A stretch of DNA of 64,000 nucleotides from the human T2T-CHM13v2.0 reference genome, Homo sapiens. This document shows positions 1 to 13,503 of the stretch, one piece after another. Made by a program: the position numbers and the translations under genes. A model generated the notes under the pieces. The model worked only from the letters and a program-made list of their open reading frames with translations. It was not told the origin of the DNA and did not search any database. The stretch lies in assembly GCF_009914755.1 (NCBI RefSeq), contig NC_060936.1; one strand, 5' to 3'. The stretch's first letter is position 1. Every line of letters starts with the position of its first letter.

Positions 1-1879
1 ATACGATTAAAAATACACCAAGTTCACAGACTTAAATACTTACGTTACTTCTATTCTGAGCTGTGTAATCTTGAGTTAGACATTTTCTCTCTTTAAGCCT
101 TAAACAATTACTGAGCAAATTACTCTGTTGTTAGAGATATTAAATTTATGTAAAATCAGAGGGCTGGATTGGAAGATCCCAACAGTTCTTAGGTTTAAAA
201 TTCCTTTTATGCCTGATCATCTTCCAAATAGTGCTAAAAACACCATTACACAGAAGATTTGGAATTTTTAAGAATAAAAGAGAGAGGTGTTTGTTCCTAT
301 AAATCATGAAAACTTGGCATTGGTAGATAAAACCAGCCATAAATAACAGTTTTAAGGTGATGGGGATTCCCCAATTCTACTTCAATAATGAAAGACCACT
401 GTAAATCCATAAAGTGGAAATTTACAACCAACTGCTGAGCACCCGTACATCTCACCCTAAATTTTAACAGCTGTTCCCCTAAAAGTGATCACGATTATAA
501 GCAGGGTGAAATGTACTGAGCAAAGTTTTTAAAGGTATAAGTTCATATTCATGTCTTCAAAATACTTGCAGAAGTTAATTTTTTGCAGGCAGATTACAGT
601 TTACAAAAACAAGTATTAACCAGAGCTGTAATCATTTGTAAAACTTTCCACTACAGCAATTTGTTAACCTATATCCAATTTTTAGAATCAGCAAGGATGC
701 CACTGTTGGCGTCACATTCCATATTGCTTACATTTGACATGTGCCTAGTTTTATCTCAAAAATGGGGCTTCACAAATCAAATGTTATTTTCTGCACCTGA
801 AAATTCATGAACCACATACTACTGCCAGCAGAAGCACAATGTGAAAACATAAGACCAGCTTAGCAGTAATCAAAAGCACCTGTTTTCACAAAATGTTTGC
901 CACTGTTCTGAAACTACACATAAATTTTAAGTTTGTTGGCTAGACTCAATCGTGAAAAGCAGTTCAGATAATTATCAGAAAACAGGAATTTCATCTTACA
1001 TTAAATTTATTTTTAAACATAAAAGTCCAATCCTCTGAATCATATTTAACACATAGTAAGTTATGTAGAAAATAACTTATTCCAACAAGCAACATACAAT
1101 TCCCTGTTTATCTATTGATAGTAACATAATCTACAATAGCAATATAAAGGGTCTAATTCTCCACAAAGCACAGAAGATGGTGATGCTGTGGGCTGTAACC
1201 TGAAAGACCCTGTACAACTTTGTGCACTTTCTGGAAATAATTTCTTTGACATATAATCTTTCCTTGGACATACAAAAGCCATTAAGAATCTTTATAATGG
1301 AGTGCACTTGAAAGACTAGGGAGAAGCATAAAATAATTTTGTTCTACAGAAAACAAACAACGACTATAAAGCAATCATACATTTTAGTATCCTCTGATGA
1401 CATGGTAAGTGTACTTTTAGCTTAAGAATCATGCTCAATGGATGTTTAGGATCCAAATACAGAGAAGATTATGACACACTTACTAACACTATTCTACAGA
1501 CAGAGCAAACCATCTTTTCATACCCCCAAATCACCACCCCCACTTTAGACAATCCCTAACTTTGCAATAGTATACTAACAGAAGACTCCTCTATGTGAAT
1601 AGCAACAGCAGTCCTGCAAAATAAAGGTTTTCTCCAGTAACTATGTCCCCTTTGGCCACAGTCATCTTTTACCTGTTAGTGACATATTGCAAAAAGACTT
1701 TATGATTAGGCCTGGTTTTAAATCTACATTTTTCCTATTCTGAGTGCATTATTCCTAGGAAAAAATGGATTCGGAATTAAAAAAAAAAACTGATTTAACA
1801 AATGAATGTCAAAGAAACAAGCCATCCAGAAGATGGCAAGGGAAGTACTGTATTAGAATGAATACACTTTTATCTCTGG

Positions 1880-2190
1880 AGGCTTTATGCCCCAGCCTCC
1901 TATCCAGATTATACAATGACTCCATCTCTTCAATCAGGGTCATCCCAACATCCTGTTCTCCAAGAAGGAACACTGTATCTCAAACGCTCACCCTTCTCAA
2001 CACCTCCACCACTCCATCCCAAAACTTTGATCTGGTTTTCTTCATTGTACTTGCCACTAGTTTTTCTGTTTTCTTTTTAGCTTGCTGACTCCACTAGGGC
2101 AAGGACCTCCTCTGTCTTCTGTACCACGGTATCTCCAGCATGTAGAATGACTCTTGACACGTGCATCATCAAGTAATTGCTGAATGAATA
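1880..2190 (+). mobile_element. L2 3' fragment
   Basis: Ends in a typical L2 tail: gggcaaggac...gtatctccagca...tgctgaatgaataaa. Confidence 0.6.
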
Positions 2191-2894
2191 AAAATGGTGG
2201 GATGCTTACCACAAATACAATCTTCCTATTCTTGAAAGAATAAAGATGGTAAGAAGAAAATTCAAGCATTATATTTTATTATTTACAATATTATTAATTA
2301 TGAATAACTTATTTAGTCACAATCTCATACTATTTTGAGCCAGTTCAAATAATTTCTAAAACAGAGGTCTTCAAAGGTTTGGATATCAACTGAAATTCAG
2401 CTCAGTTTCTACATATCTATAAACCTACTTGCTGACGTTTAGTTTAAATCTACAGATCCAAATAACTCAGTCCCATGGTTGGATGTTTCAGAAAAGCTTT
2501 TTGGTTGTAAGATTATGTAATAGTTAGTGAGATAGTGGGGTAGAATTCTAACACTTCAAATTTTAAAAAGCAGATTAAAAATTCTATTATATTCTAATAC
2601 ACCACTAGGCATGTTTCCATCTGGCATCATGGTGAATGATCTGGTGAGAGGTACATGGGGAAGTTGTGTGTTCCCTCTAAAACAAGACTTAACTCTCTAA
2701 ATGAAAAGTAAGGGCAAAGAATGTTAAATGCACTGCAGTTATGCTGCTAAGCGGAACGTCATCTGTCCAAATTTGCCCACTAGCTATCCCCTTCTTCCAG
2801 CTGTTTGGGATGTATGCTGCCCTGGGGAGACACAGCTCTACTGACTACACCTGCCAGTGATTCCTCTCTCTCTGGGGTCTTCAGCACTCTCCAC

Positions 2895-2975
2895 TGGGAT
2901 TTAGAACCCCATTTTACAAATAGGAAACTGAAGAAGCATACTGACCCAGGTGATTCATCCAAAGTCACATAGTTT
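2895..2975 (-). mobile_element. MIR fragment
   Basis: ccccattttacaaataggaaactga...ccaaagtcacatag matches the reverse MIR core. Confidence 0.6.
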
Positions 2976-3949
2976 TTTAGTCCCATTAAGAGAATTATAT
3001 TTTGGGAGGATGGGAACTTTTATGGAAAGAATATAGTTTCCATCGGTGGCATTTATTACTATCAAATGAAAATAACTAAAGAATCATATTTTCCAAATAA
3101 GAGCTTACCAACACTATCAAACTTGAAACTAGCTGATCTGAGTTCCAATCTGAGTTCTGGTCCTTTCTAATTCTCTAACCTAGAGACCTTAAGGACTGGA
3201 ATTAGTGAATACAACCCTGAGAGGAGCCTCTTGATCCTTCATGTCTGTCTCCTTTGGATGTGGGCTTGATTCCCTCCCAGTCCAGAATGGTTTCTCCATG
3301 AGCACAGTGCACTGAGTTGAATTTGCAAACTCACACAGGAGCATTCTGATTGACCTAGCTGTTTATGAACAGACAAATCACTAAAGACTAAAACGTGGTA
3401 GTTTTCTATAATTGTAACCCAAATTATCACAGTTTTGATCAATCAATAATGACAGAACTGAAGGAGAAACAGGAGCATTTTAAATATGAACATTGCTCTT
3501 CCAAGGGGAATGAAAAAGGAGTTTTAAGGCAGACAAATGATGACCACTACATCATGCAAACAGAAAGCACTAGAATATGCTTTTTATTAAATAAATAGAA
3601 GCCTTGGTGATCTTGTAGAAATCAACAAAAAATAAGTAGAAAACAAGAAATAAAAATTACCACATGGATGTGGGCCCAATACAGAGCTCTTCTGTGTTTG
3701 TATAGTTAAAACAGAAATAGCATTGAAGGAATTACTCACCTCCACATGCCATATGTTACATCCGTGAAAGAGTAATGTGAATAAAAAGGAGGCATGAAAT
3801 CTTATTGCACATTAAATTCAATAGAGTCTATGTTTATTTGGGTCAAGATATAGATTTTGAACACATATTGTATTTCTTGAAATAAGCCAGCAACTTAACA
3901 TATAACTTACAATGTATTTAAAGGAGGCATAGGTTTATTCAGTAACTTG

Positions 3950-4100
3950 CCTTGTCTGGAAATGAACATGTTCACATTGGAACGATTTAAATGAAAGCTG
4001 GATGTCCATATAGCTGGGATATTGAAGAAGGACCTTCTATTTCAGATAGCATGCCGTACTAACTGGACTCCGAAGTCCCTCCTAACTCTAATACTGTTTG
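3950..4100 (+). mobile_element. L3/CR1-like 3' fragment
   Basis: Ends ...gaagtccctcctaactctaatactgt, resembling the CR1/MIR3 terminus. Confidence 0.4.
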
Positions 4101-7100
4101 AAATAATTATGCCATTTTAAGTCCCCTGAAATAATATTCACTGATGAAGGTAGCTATATTTGCAAACCACAGAGCAAATGACAGGTGACACAGAAAATCA
4201 CCTATGGTTTTTGAGCCACCGACAATCACTTTAATTAACATCATCTGTAAATATAATATCATATTAATTTGACTTGCAGTATTAAATCAGGAGTTTGTTT
4301 TTGTTCAGGAGTTTAAGATAAGATGGCCTACTGTTCAAAAAAATAAAGCCACCTATCAGGGAACTAAGTAGTTACAATTTATATGTAGATGATCCTGGAC
4401 CTTAAATATCATCAGAAGGCTCATCAGTGAGCTAAAACAAAAGTGGGGATGAGAGGTGAAGGACCAGACCCAATAAGGGAGTCTGGCTGCTATTCCCAGT
4501 TCCACGACAATCAGTGGGGACTCCGTAAGTTGATTAACTTGTTTGTATATGTTACTTTATCTAAAAATATACTCAGGTTGACAAAGTAGATTCTAAGGTC
4601 CCTTTCAACTTTAGTATTTCTTTATTCCATATAGAAAAAAATATAGCTTGAGACAAGAAAGTTGGTCATACAAAATAACCAGCCCATGGAACATGATAGC
4701 CAATCAATTTTCAACAAGACAAATATACTATAGATGGAAAGCAATTCTTAGGGAAGAAAAATAAGCAGTATAGTCATAAAACAAGCAAGTTTGCCCTATT
4801 TCTTTATAATTGATGTTTCTTCTAATTCATTCGGGATTTTTTGAGTTAAACTAAATACAGCTAAGGCTTGAATCATTCAGGATTTCACATCCAAGACCTG
4901 TCAGTCTGATGATCCCACTATTTTTAACATAGAAATAAATGGCTTCTATGCTTGTAAGCACTAGAGAAGTAAGGACAGCCTATGAAATGTGCTTCCCTCT
5001 CTCCTTCCTTTTCCCCTCCCCAGTTCCTTCCTCTTCCCTGTCATCCCCCACAGACTGAGGAAGGCAAGACTCCCTTTGATTATGTGTTCAGCTCTTGCAC
5101 ATATTTCTGCACAAATCAGGCATCTTTCCAAAGTATATGTCAGAGTTCTCACTCTAGCCTTGTGGCACACTTATCAAGAAAGAAAGTCCTAATTAGACGT
5201 CAGTTTCCTGAAGCAGAGAGGGTGTGGTTACATGAATTTACCAAAGGGGGAAAACTCTAAAGGAACCAGTAAGAATAAATTACTTATCTAATCACCCACA
5301 CCACAGCCTAAAAATTATCATTCTACAAATACCACTGTCAATATTGTTTTTCCTCTAAGAAGAACAATGCATCGTGTTTTTCAATGACATGAAAGAAAGT
5401 GAAGCACCCTTTTAAAATACGATTTGAATATCTAAGGCACTTTAAAGCCTGAATTGCCTAACTAGGAATTGTAAATGCATACAATGCATCATAAAATAAT
5501 TTAGCTAACAATGATTTCATACACACACATCACAATTACTGCTGAATATCTATTAGAATAGGCAAACAACAACAACAAAACAACAAATGAAATAATTTGT
5601 ACATACAAATGACCCTTTTATTCAGAAGGTCTAAGCCATATTCATGTTCCTCCCTCTCTCCAGTTTCCCTGAAATGACCCCAGTAAGAAAAGTTAATTGG
5701 TCACTAATGACTGCCCTGAGAGCTTTCCCAGACAGCTTTTCTTCAATCTAGGAGAGTCAGGAAGACCAAGAACAGCAGTTACCATGGAGGAGTCCCACTC
5801 CTAATTCCATACTATTACACAGGTGTATAAGATGCTAGCGCTGTACATGAGAGTGGCTCACATACCTCTATTCATAAGAGAGAAACAAATTCTTCTTTCT
5901 CAAGTAATTCAGCTGCATGGACAGCAAGAGGTCAGGATTGTTATGTATAAGCACAGTGTTAAGAGATTGCTTCTTTAATATACATTATCTGTCTTATAGC
6001 TGGAATATTATCCGGTGTGGCTAAATAAAAATACACATGACAATAGAATCAGACATTTTATTTTTGTATGACACATGAATTAACATATGACCTGCCAGAG
6101 CCTATAAAAAGACATTACCATAACACAGTATTTAGCGAAAAACAAAAACACCAAACATAAAAAAATGGAATGTTAGGGTCCTTTTCTAGCTCTTCACTAC
6201 ATTCAAGTTTATGACAGTTTTGTAATCAAAGCAAGTTTTTCTCAAGGAAAAATACCAAATGAATCATCTTTGTGAGAATTTCAAAAAGTAAATGGTGCTT
6301 CTTGGTGGATACGATTAAATAAAAAATGCAGTCTCGGATTTACAAACATCTTCAGAATTTCAAAGGTTTATCAAAATTCTCCAACACTACTTAATATTCA
6401 GTGATAGATTATGACCCTAAAGTAACAGGAATTCTCCCCACTGAGCATTCCTGTCAGAAAAACAATTCCCTCAGGATATTTAGGTGATTTCTTTTTGCCT
6501 TGAATACCAATGAAAATTCTCCAGTCAATACCTTTACCTAAATTGTTTTGGAAATCAAGCAAAGTTCAAAATATATACAATATAGTTCTATAACTGGGAA
6601 AAGCTTTAGGGACAAAGCCACCTTGTATCACATTTTAAAAGACTAAAACCCAGAAATGTTTAGTGACTTACCCAAAGCATGCGTCTGTCTAGTTTATTTA
6701 AACTCTAACTCTAGAATTATGAAGGATAGATGAGTGATGAAAGCAGTTTTTAAAAAAATCAAACATGGCCATCTCATGTACATTGACATACATCAAGTCA
6801 ATATAAAGTCAGAGGAGATTTAAAATCATTCTATCATCATTGTCACTGCTAAAACTGAGTTTTGATGGAATTTCAGAAAAGTCATCTATTATTAAAATAA
6901 CTTCTTTTCCATAGCATTTCACCCTATGGACATTTTAATTCAGACTCTGGCATTTAACAAGATTATAAGTGATGCTGTATTTAAGATGAAGGAATGGGTG
7001 GTGAAATTCTAAATCAGAACCCACAATAGAAGAGACATTAGGATAAAATTAAATATCAGAACTGGAAAATGTACTACAGGGAGGACAGACTTGGAGAATT

Positions 7101-9503
7101 TTCTGGGAGGTTCTTTTTAGCTGACTATTTCATTATTACACATATAAAGTTCTTGTGGCAATCTTCTCTAAAGGAAAAACTGACAAGACAGAGGGTTAAG
7201 TTTCTTTCAAGAAGTAAACACTCTAGGGAGAAAAAGAAGAATGACACTTCTGGTTCATCAATAGCATCATTAAGATGTGAACATCATCAGTAAATTCCAC
7301 CACGTTTTCAGCCTTAATGTAGATAGTTTTTCTAAGCCGTCTCGAGAAACACATGGGGTATAAACGTTTAAATTATGCCAAAAACTAATTAAAACAGATA
7401 TGTTGTAGATGTAATTGAATGCAACCATATTACCCATTTGAGAGGACTGGTTTTAAGGTCGGTCTCACTCTTTAATGCTTTTCTACAGCTCTAAGATGTA
7501 AGTGGATGTCTCCCCTACCCAATTCAGAGAAGCCCTGAAACCGAAGCCAAAAGATGCACTGAGAAGTCATTGTATTATATGACTTATCTTCTTTAAAAGC
7601 CCTGGCTATTTGACATTTGATGAAATGCCAAATCCCAAGTGCCTGAGTCCACTCTGACACATTCTGTTTATTATGTAGTAGTTTCAAGTTGGGGACCCAA
7701 TTTGCAACTAACTCCACAAGTTATATATTACATAATGGGTATGTTCTGATAAATCACAGGAAAAACATGTCAGTTTCATATCTAAAGGAAATGACTTTTG
7801 ATATTTAACATCTTATCCTTAGCATGGCCTTGACAAATGAGATAAAACGTGATTCTCTTTGAGTTATTTCACTTAATGTATAAAGACTACTTACTATCTT
7901 CATTATATAATTGTCCTAACTCTAGTTTGGGAATATTTCTTAGATACCTCCATATATAGTTCTTCTTGTCAAGACATTTTATAAACTTACAGAGTAATTC
8001 TATTGTTTTTAAATTCTTACCAAAGCTAGTAGTATGCAGGCATTTGAGAAATATTGTTCAATTCTGTTTCTACAAACATATATCATGGTACAAACCTGAG
8101 ATGGTATGAATCTGACTCAGTATATATTGACTGCAAAAAATCTGTACAATGTCTACCAGTCTAATTAAAAGTTCATAAGCTCCTTTTATTCAGTTTCTGA
8201 GTTTTCAGAATTACACATGCAATCTGACAATATTTTTTGATGTGACATAAATTTTAGTTAAATTCTAGGATATAGTACGGAAACAAAATTTAGGAAACAG
8301 AGTGTCACTCTATCAGAACACATTATTCATGTGCACACATTTAAAAGAGAAACATCTCTAAAACCCCGAGGTTACTCAGGTAAAAGCAATACAGCCACAT
8401 TATTCAAGCAAATATCAAATAATTACAATTTTACATTCTTGTATTATTGCCACCACATGAATTTTCAACCCTCAGTCTTCATCAATCGCAACAGAATTTC
8501 TAGCATTTAGAAGGAATTCTCATGGCTTTCAATACCACAGAAATTGGGATTTAAATTATTTATTAGTTAATGCTCAGAGTTTATAAGTGGGATGCATTCA
8601 TGATTAGACATCAAAAGACCAGAACGAATTAGAATTGAAATATAAGTTTATAAAGATCCTTATTGAAGAAGACAAATAAATAATTTTTAGCTTTTTAAAA
8701 ATGTAGATCATACATAACTGTCATCTTCCCCCATTTGGGGCACATCATAAACTCAGTGATCTCTGTGCATAGCTGCTTTCTCTCTGCACCCTTAGGCATT
8801 TCTGGGCATTTTAAATCTAGTGGGACAAGTCTAAACCTTACCAGAAACTTAAAGCGCTGACAGATAAAAGAAAACTGCTAGTTCTCTTCTATTTATAAGC
8901 TAAGTTTCAAATGTCTCAATATAGACATATTACGGATACTACAGGTATCACTGCTTCTAGCTGACAGCAAATAAGAATTAACCTTATTTAATAACAAAAT
9001 TGTAAACATGCATCAGAGAAAGGTACTTGAACTTCCTTGTACAAACAACACCTGAGATTAATCACAGATAACTGTCTAGAAGTCTGTATCAGGAGCATTA
9101 AGCATTAACATCAACTTGAACATGAACAATTATTTCTTCCAAATGAGCTAGCCTTCCCTATTCTGAAAGAAAAAGGAAAGCAACAACTACAACAGAGCAT
9201 ATTCTGGCCACCTACTACGTTGGCTTGCAACTTTTTTGAATGGCTTATTAAAATAACATAATTAATTTCACCTAAAATATTAACGATGTGTACAGACCTT
9301 GGCTGGTGACACTGTCTAGATGCTATTATCTAATGGCTGTTCTTGCAACAAATCAAGCAAAACATAGCACTTCAGTACTTACAGACTGCTCACAGAGAAC
9401 ACCATCTGAGAAACCTTTTGCATTTAAGATTAAGGCTCCACACAAGGTTTATTGTTAGCCCCAGCATGCGAGAAGGAACCGGAGGATGGAGAGAAGCGCT
9501 TAC

Positions 9504-9636
9504 TTCGAAAATGCTCTGAAGCGTAATAATAGACATCCTCATAGCCCTCGTGGTAATCCTCTTCTGGTCGGTACTTTTTCCCCTTTCTTCTCCTAGATCT
9601 TCTTATCGCCTTGACAAAACCCAGGAAGCGGTCCAT
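9504..9636 (-). CDS. GRIP1: Coding part of an alternative first coding exon (44 codons + 1 nt), probably a GRIP1 N-terminal isoform
   Basis: ATG in strong Kozak context (aagAGATGG). Protein-like sequence MDRFLGFVKAIRRSRRRKGKKYRPEEDYHEGYEDVYYYASEHFR ends at a consensus donor GAA|GTAAGC (GT at 9503-9502), with a local excess of CpG. The phase-1 end is compatible with joining the recalled GRIP1 exon (N/D)ESPYTKSASQTKPPDG. Gene identity is from memory. Confidence 0.72.
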
Positions 9637-9716
9637 CTCTTACTCACCGTGCAGCGCGGCACAGCTAGCACAAGAGCACAGCAACAGCCCAGCTGCTCTG
9701 CGAGCCGGTGGAGCAT
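9603..9716 (-). other. Out-of-frame overlapping uORF, 37 aa: MLHRLAEQLGCCCALVLAVPRCTVSKRWTASWVLSRR
   Basis: Translated by hand: ATG at 9716 (weak Kozak), TAA at 9605-9603. It spans the main ATG. Confidence 0.45.
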
Positions 9717-9875
9717 GAATGACCAATACCAAACCTGGACCAGGACAGCTACCCTTCTATCTACCTCTGGGCTACCATCAACACGGCGACTTTGGCCATC
9801 GGAGGGGAAAGAAAATAATAGCGATATGGGTTTACCTTGACAATATTTCTCATTTAGATCAATAAACTGTCAAAT
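9637..9875 (-). other. Putative 5' UTR portion of the same exon, preceded by a splice acceptor
   Basis: The minus strand reads a long polypyrimidine tract (about 9930-9888), then aaaaaaattacAG|atttgacAG, with AG at 9877-9876 and a second AG at 9868-9867. Confidence 0.5.
9761..9853 (-). other. uORF, 30 aa: MRNIVKVNPYRYYFLSPPMAKVAVLMVAQR, with three in-frame ATGs
   Basis: ATGs at 9853, 9799 and 9778 share the TAG at 9763-9761. Confidence 0.4.
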
Positions 9876-10059
9876 CTGTAATTTTTTTAAAAAAAAAAGA
9901 GGAAAAGAGAAAGAAAATGAAATGGTAATAAAAGACTAAGAGAAAAAACAAACAGCAAAGCTTTGGACTTTAAATAGCTTCAAAACAAAGTTCAAGAGAT
10001 TCAGCTGAGGCAAGAGGAGTCCCAGCACGAGAATTTCACTATCCAATATCTCCATCATC

Positions 10060-10440
10060 TCATCATCGGGGCGGGGGTATAGGAGAAGGGAGGGCCGGGG
10101 AAACACATTAGTCAATGGACTGAACCAAAGTTAGAGACTGAACTGACTTTCCTACCTGCTAATCCAACACCCTAATCCTAGCCCACATTATCTCAAAACA
10201 TGTGCTTGGGAAACCTCTTGAAAAGCTATTGTTTTGCAATGGGCGTACTGATTAACCCTTTGTGCTCCCTTGCATATCATATTAATAAGCAGCAAAGTGG
10301 TTTCATCCATATGCACAGCCCTCTTGCTGACAGGAGTGTGCAGTATGTGTTAATTGGAGCAGCAGGGAGAAGGCTCAGCAGCTGCTTTCAAATGACACGT
10401 TTACCCACTGGGCATTAATGTATTCCAATCACTGTTTGAT
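10060..10440. promoter_or_regulatory. Candidate promoter/regulatory region upstream of the exon
   Basis: GC box GGGGCGGGG at 10068-10076, G-run cluster 10068-10100, several TAAT/ATTA cores, no repeats, and a candidate minus-strand donor CAG|GTAGGA at 10156/10155. Confidence 0.4.
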
Positions 10441-12643
10441 TTAAATATTAAAATGCACTTCACAGAGAAGCTTCTCATAGGCTTAGTAACAGCATACCAT
10501 AATCAGCAAATAAAGGAAACTGCCTGGTTTAAGGGAAAAGAAATACAAATAATCCAACTCAACTTAGACTGAACTCAAATATAAACCTAGCTCAATTGTT
10601 ACATTTTTAAAAAAACATGAAAGTAAATGGGCTAAACAGCAAACAAAACTTAATTCTTCTTGGTGAAGACAGTGGAAAGAGAAATTTCATAATATGCTCA
10701 CATGCTGTTCATCCTTTATCTCTAAAAATCACAAGCTTTAAAAAATTATTTTTAAGAACCACAATCAGAAACACTTCATAGTAGACGAGAGAGGTACTCT
10801 AAAGTCTAGAGAGGTCAGCATTAATCATGAATAATTTTTTTTTCTCTATAGCTTCTTTCTTCTTCAGGTCTTTAAGCGAAAGAGAACTTTTAACACCAGG
10901 AAAAATCTGATTTGTTTACAATATAATTAATCAAGCATGTCAGCATATTACCTATGAAACTAATGATATACTGCAGCTCCATGTTCCCAGAAATATAATT
11001 TTTAAAAAGCCTTCTTACTGAATAAAGATAGTTCAATATCTGTGTAATGTCAAGTTTGTAGGATCATCCCAGAGGGAACTGACTGCACTTTGCACTCTCT
11101 GTTAGATTCACAAGCAATTTGTCTGTCTTCTAGATTTACACAGTTCCCTATTTTCAGATATAAATTGATAATGATGGAGCAGGGAGAAATTTACTTAGAA
11201 AGGCAAATATTCATCAGCCAAGAACATATCACATCTAAAATATGTAGTTACTTTCAATGGTTCTGTGAAGTTCCTTTATTCCCAGAAGTTTCCCATTTTG
11301 TATGCCTTAGGAGTAAGTTTGTGGAAAGAAACACTAACTTAATGATGCTGACAAAAAGATGCTATAAAATGTTTTATGAACATCTTTAAATTAAAAAAAT
11401 CACTTGTCCTTAGGTTTCTTTTTTTTTTCTTTTTTTTTTTTTTGGTTTCAAATCCTTTATTATTCTGATTCCCTCAACCAAAACAAACTAGAACAATTAA
11501 CAAATAATGAATGAGAAATTTGAAGATCTGGATTTTAGACCTGAATAGTCACTAAATATATGACAATAATAATACACAATCTTTTAATTTAACCTAACAG
11601 CTCTAATAATGAGGTGAATGTCATTATACCTCTATGGATGAGCAAAAAAAGGTTCAATGGTGTTTTAGTGGTTTGTCCAAGATCACAAAGCTAATATTAT
11701 CATGGCAGGTAGTAGCAGGTATTTTTCATACCAGTTCAGAGATTATTTTGTCTATCTAAGAATTACATGCATTCAAGTTCATTCTTTTCTATGTAAATTT
11801 TCTCTTGAAATGGAATTTGAAAAAATTGTCAACTTTCATTTTTAATGGACCAAACATATATCTTGGTTTATGTGATTAATTCAAGTATATGTGTCCCCCA
11901 GAGATAATGCAGGCAATAAATTTTACGCAACTACACTTGAATTTTAACTCTTAAATTAGTAGAGTCCATATTAAGTTTTGTAGTTTTAAGCTCCCAGTTC
12001 AATCTAAAAGGACTAACTTACAGAAGAGATGGTGCTTTACTCTTTAATACAAAGAAGATCCCTTTTGCATAGAACAACTTAAAACATTTCACTAGAGTTT
12101 GATTTTTTAATTTTGGTATTTAAAGGGACTGATTTTCTCAAGCAGTGGTAAGCAACTATTTTTGCACAAGAACTAATGCAGACAAAGTAAAATTATCTAC
12201 ATACCAAACTCTGTTTTCAGAAATAAACAGAAATTGTACATAAGCACCTATTTTTTTTTTTTTTTACTTCTGAAGGATTACATTTGTTAACATTTCAGTA
12301 TCTGTAATGATAGAATTTTTATATGAGATGTGGTTTGGTGGTGCTGGGGAGGAGGAGTTCAGAGTTTAGCCATATATTTGAAGGCATACAGCAGAAGGTG
12401 TAAAAGCTCATTACAACAATCAGAGATGCTTGGGAAGCCAGGATAAGGAAGCTGTTATTTAGGGGAGGTCCACTTGGGTCACAGAGAATGAAAGGATGTT
12501 GTAACAGATGATGTGAAGGAGGGAAAGCATGAGTATATGGGCCACAATCTGAAAGACAGAAGACTAGACACCGGGTGCTCTGCCTGAGGGGTGGCGGAGG
12601 TAAACGAGATCATTTTATTCAATTTTCCTGGGTCCATATTTCT

Positions 12644-13344
<701 letters not shown>

Positions 13345-13416
13345 CTTCTGAATTTTTTCCCATCTTCTGCACTAAAATGATCCATGTTTAGCAATAAAGG
13401 GCCAACCTAAAATCTT

Positions 13417-13503
13417 TGTCAATTCTTGGTTGTATTATAATAGCTAACTGTTGTTTAACAATTGCTTAACAGTTAGCTATTATAATACAACCAAGAACTG
13501 ACA
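13417..13503. repeat. Inverted repeat / hairpin with 30-bp perfect arms and a 15-nt loop
   Basis: 13423-13452 (ttcttggttgtattataatagctaactgtt) is the exact reverse complement of 13468-13497. Confidence 0.95.

Noticed and set aside
9430-9503. C-terminal part of the 68-aa ORF (SKRFSPSSG...)
   Set aside because: It lies beyond the consensus donor and is intronic read-through.
9556-9580. KKYRPEED resembles the DLG/PSD-95 KKYRYQDED motif
   Set aside because: Short similarity only; the rest of the peptide does not match the DLG N-termini I know.
9550-9840. 96-aa plus-strand ORF antisense to the exon
   Set aside because: GTG start and no recognisable protein features; explained by the higher GC content of the opposite-strand exon.
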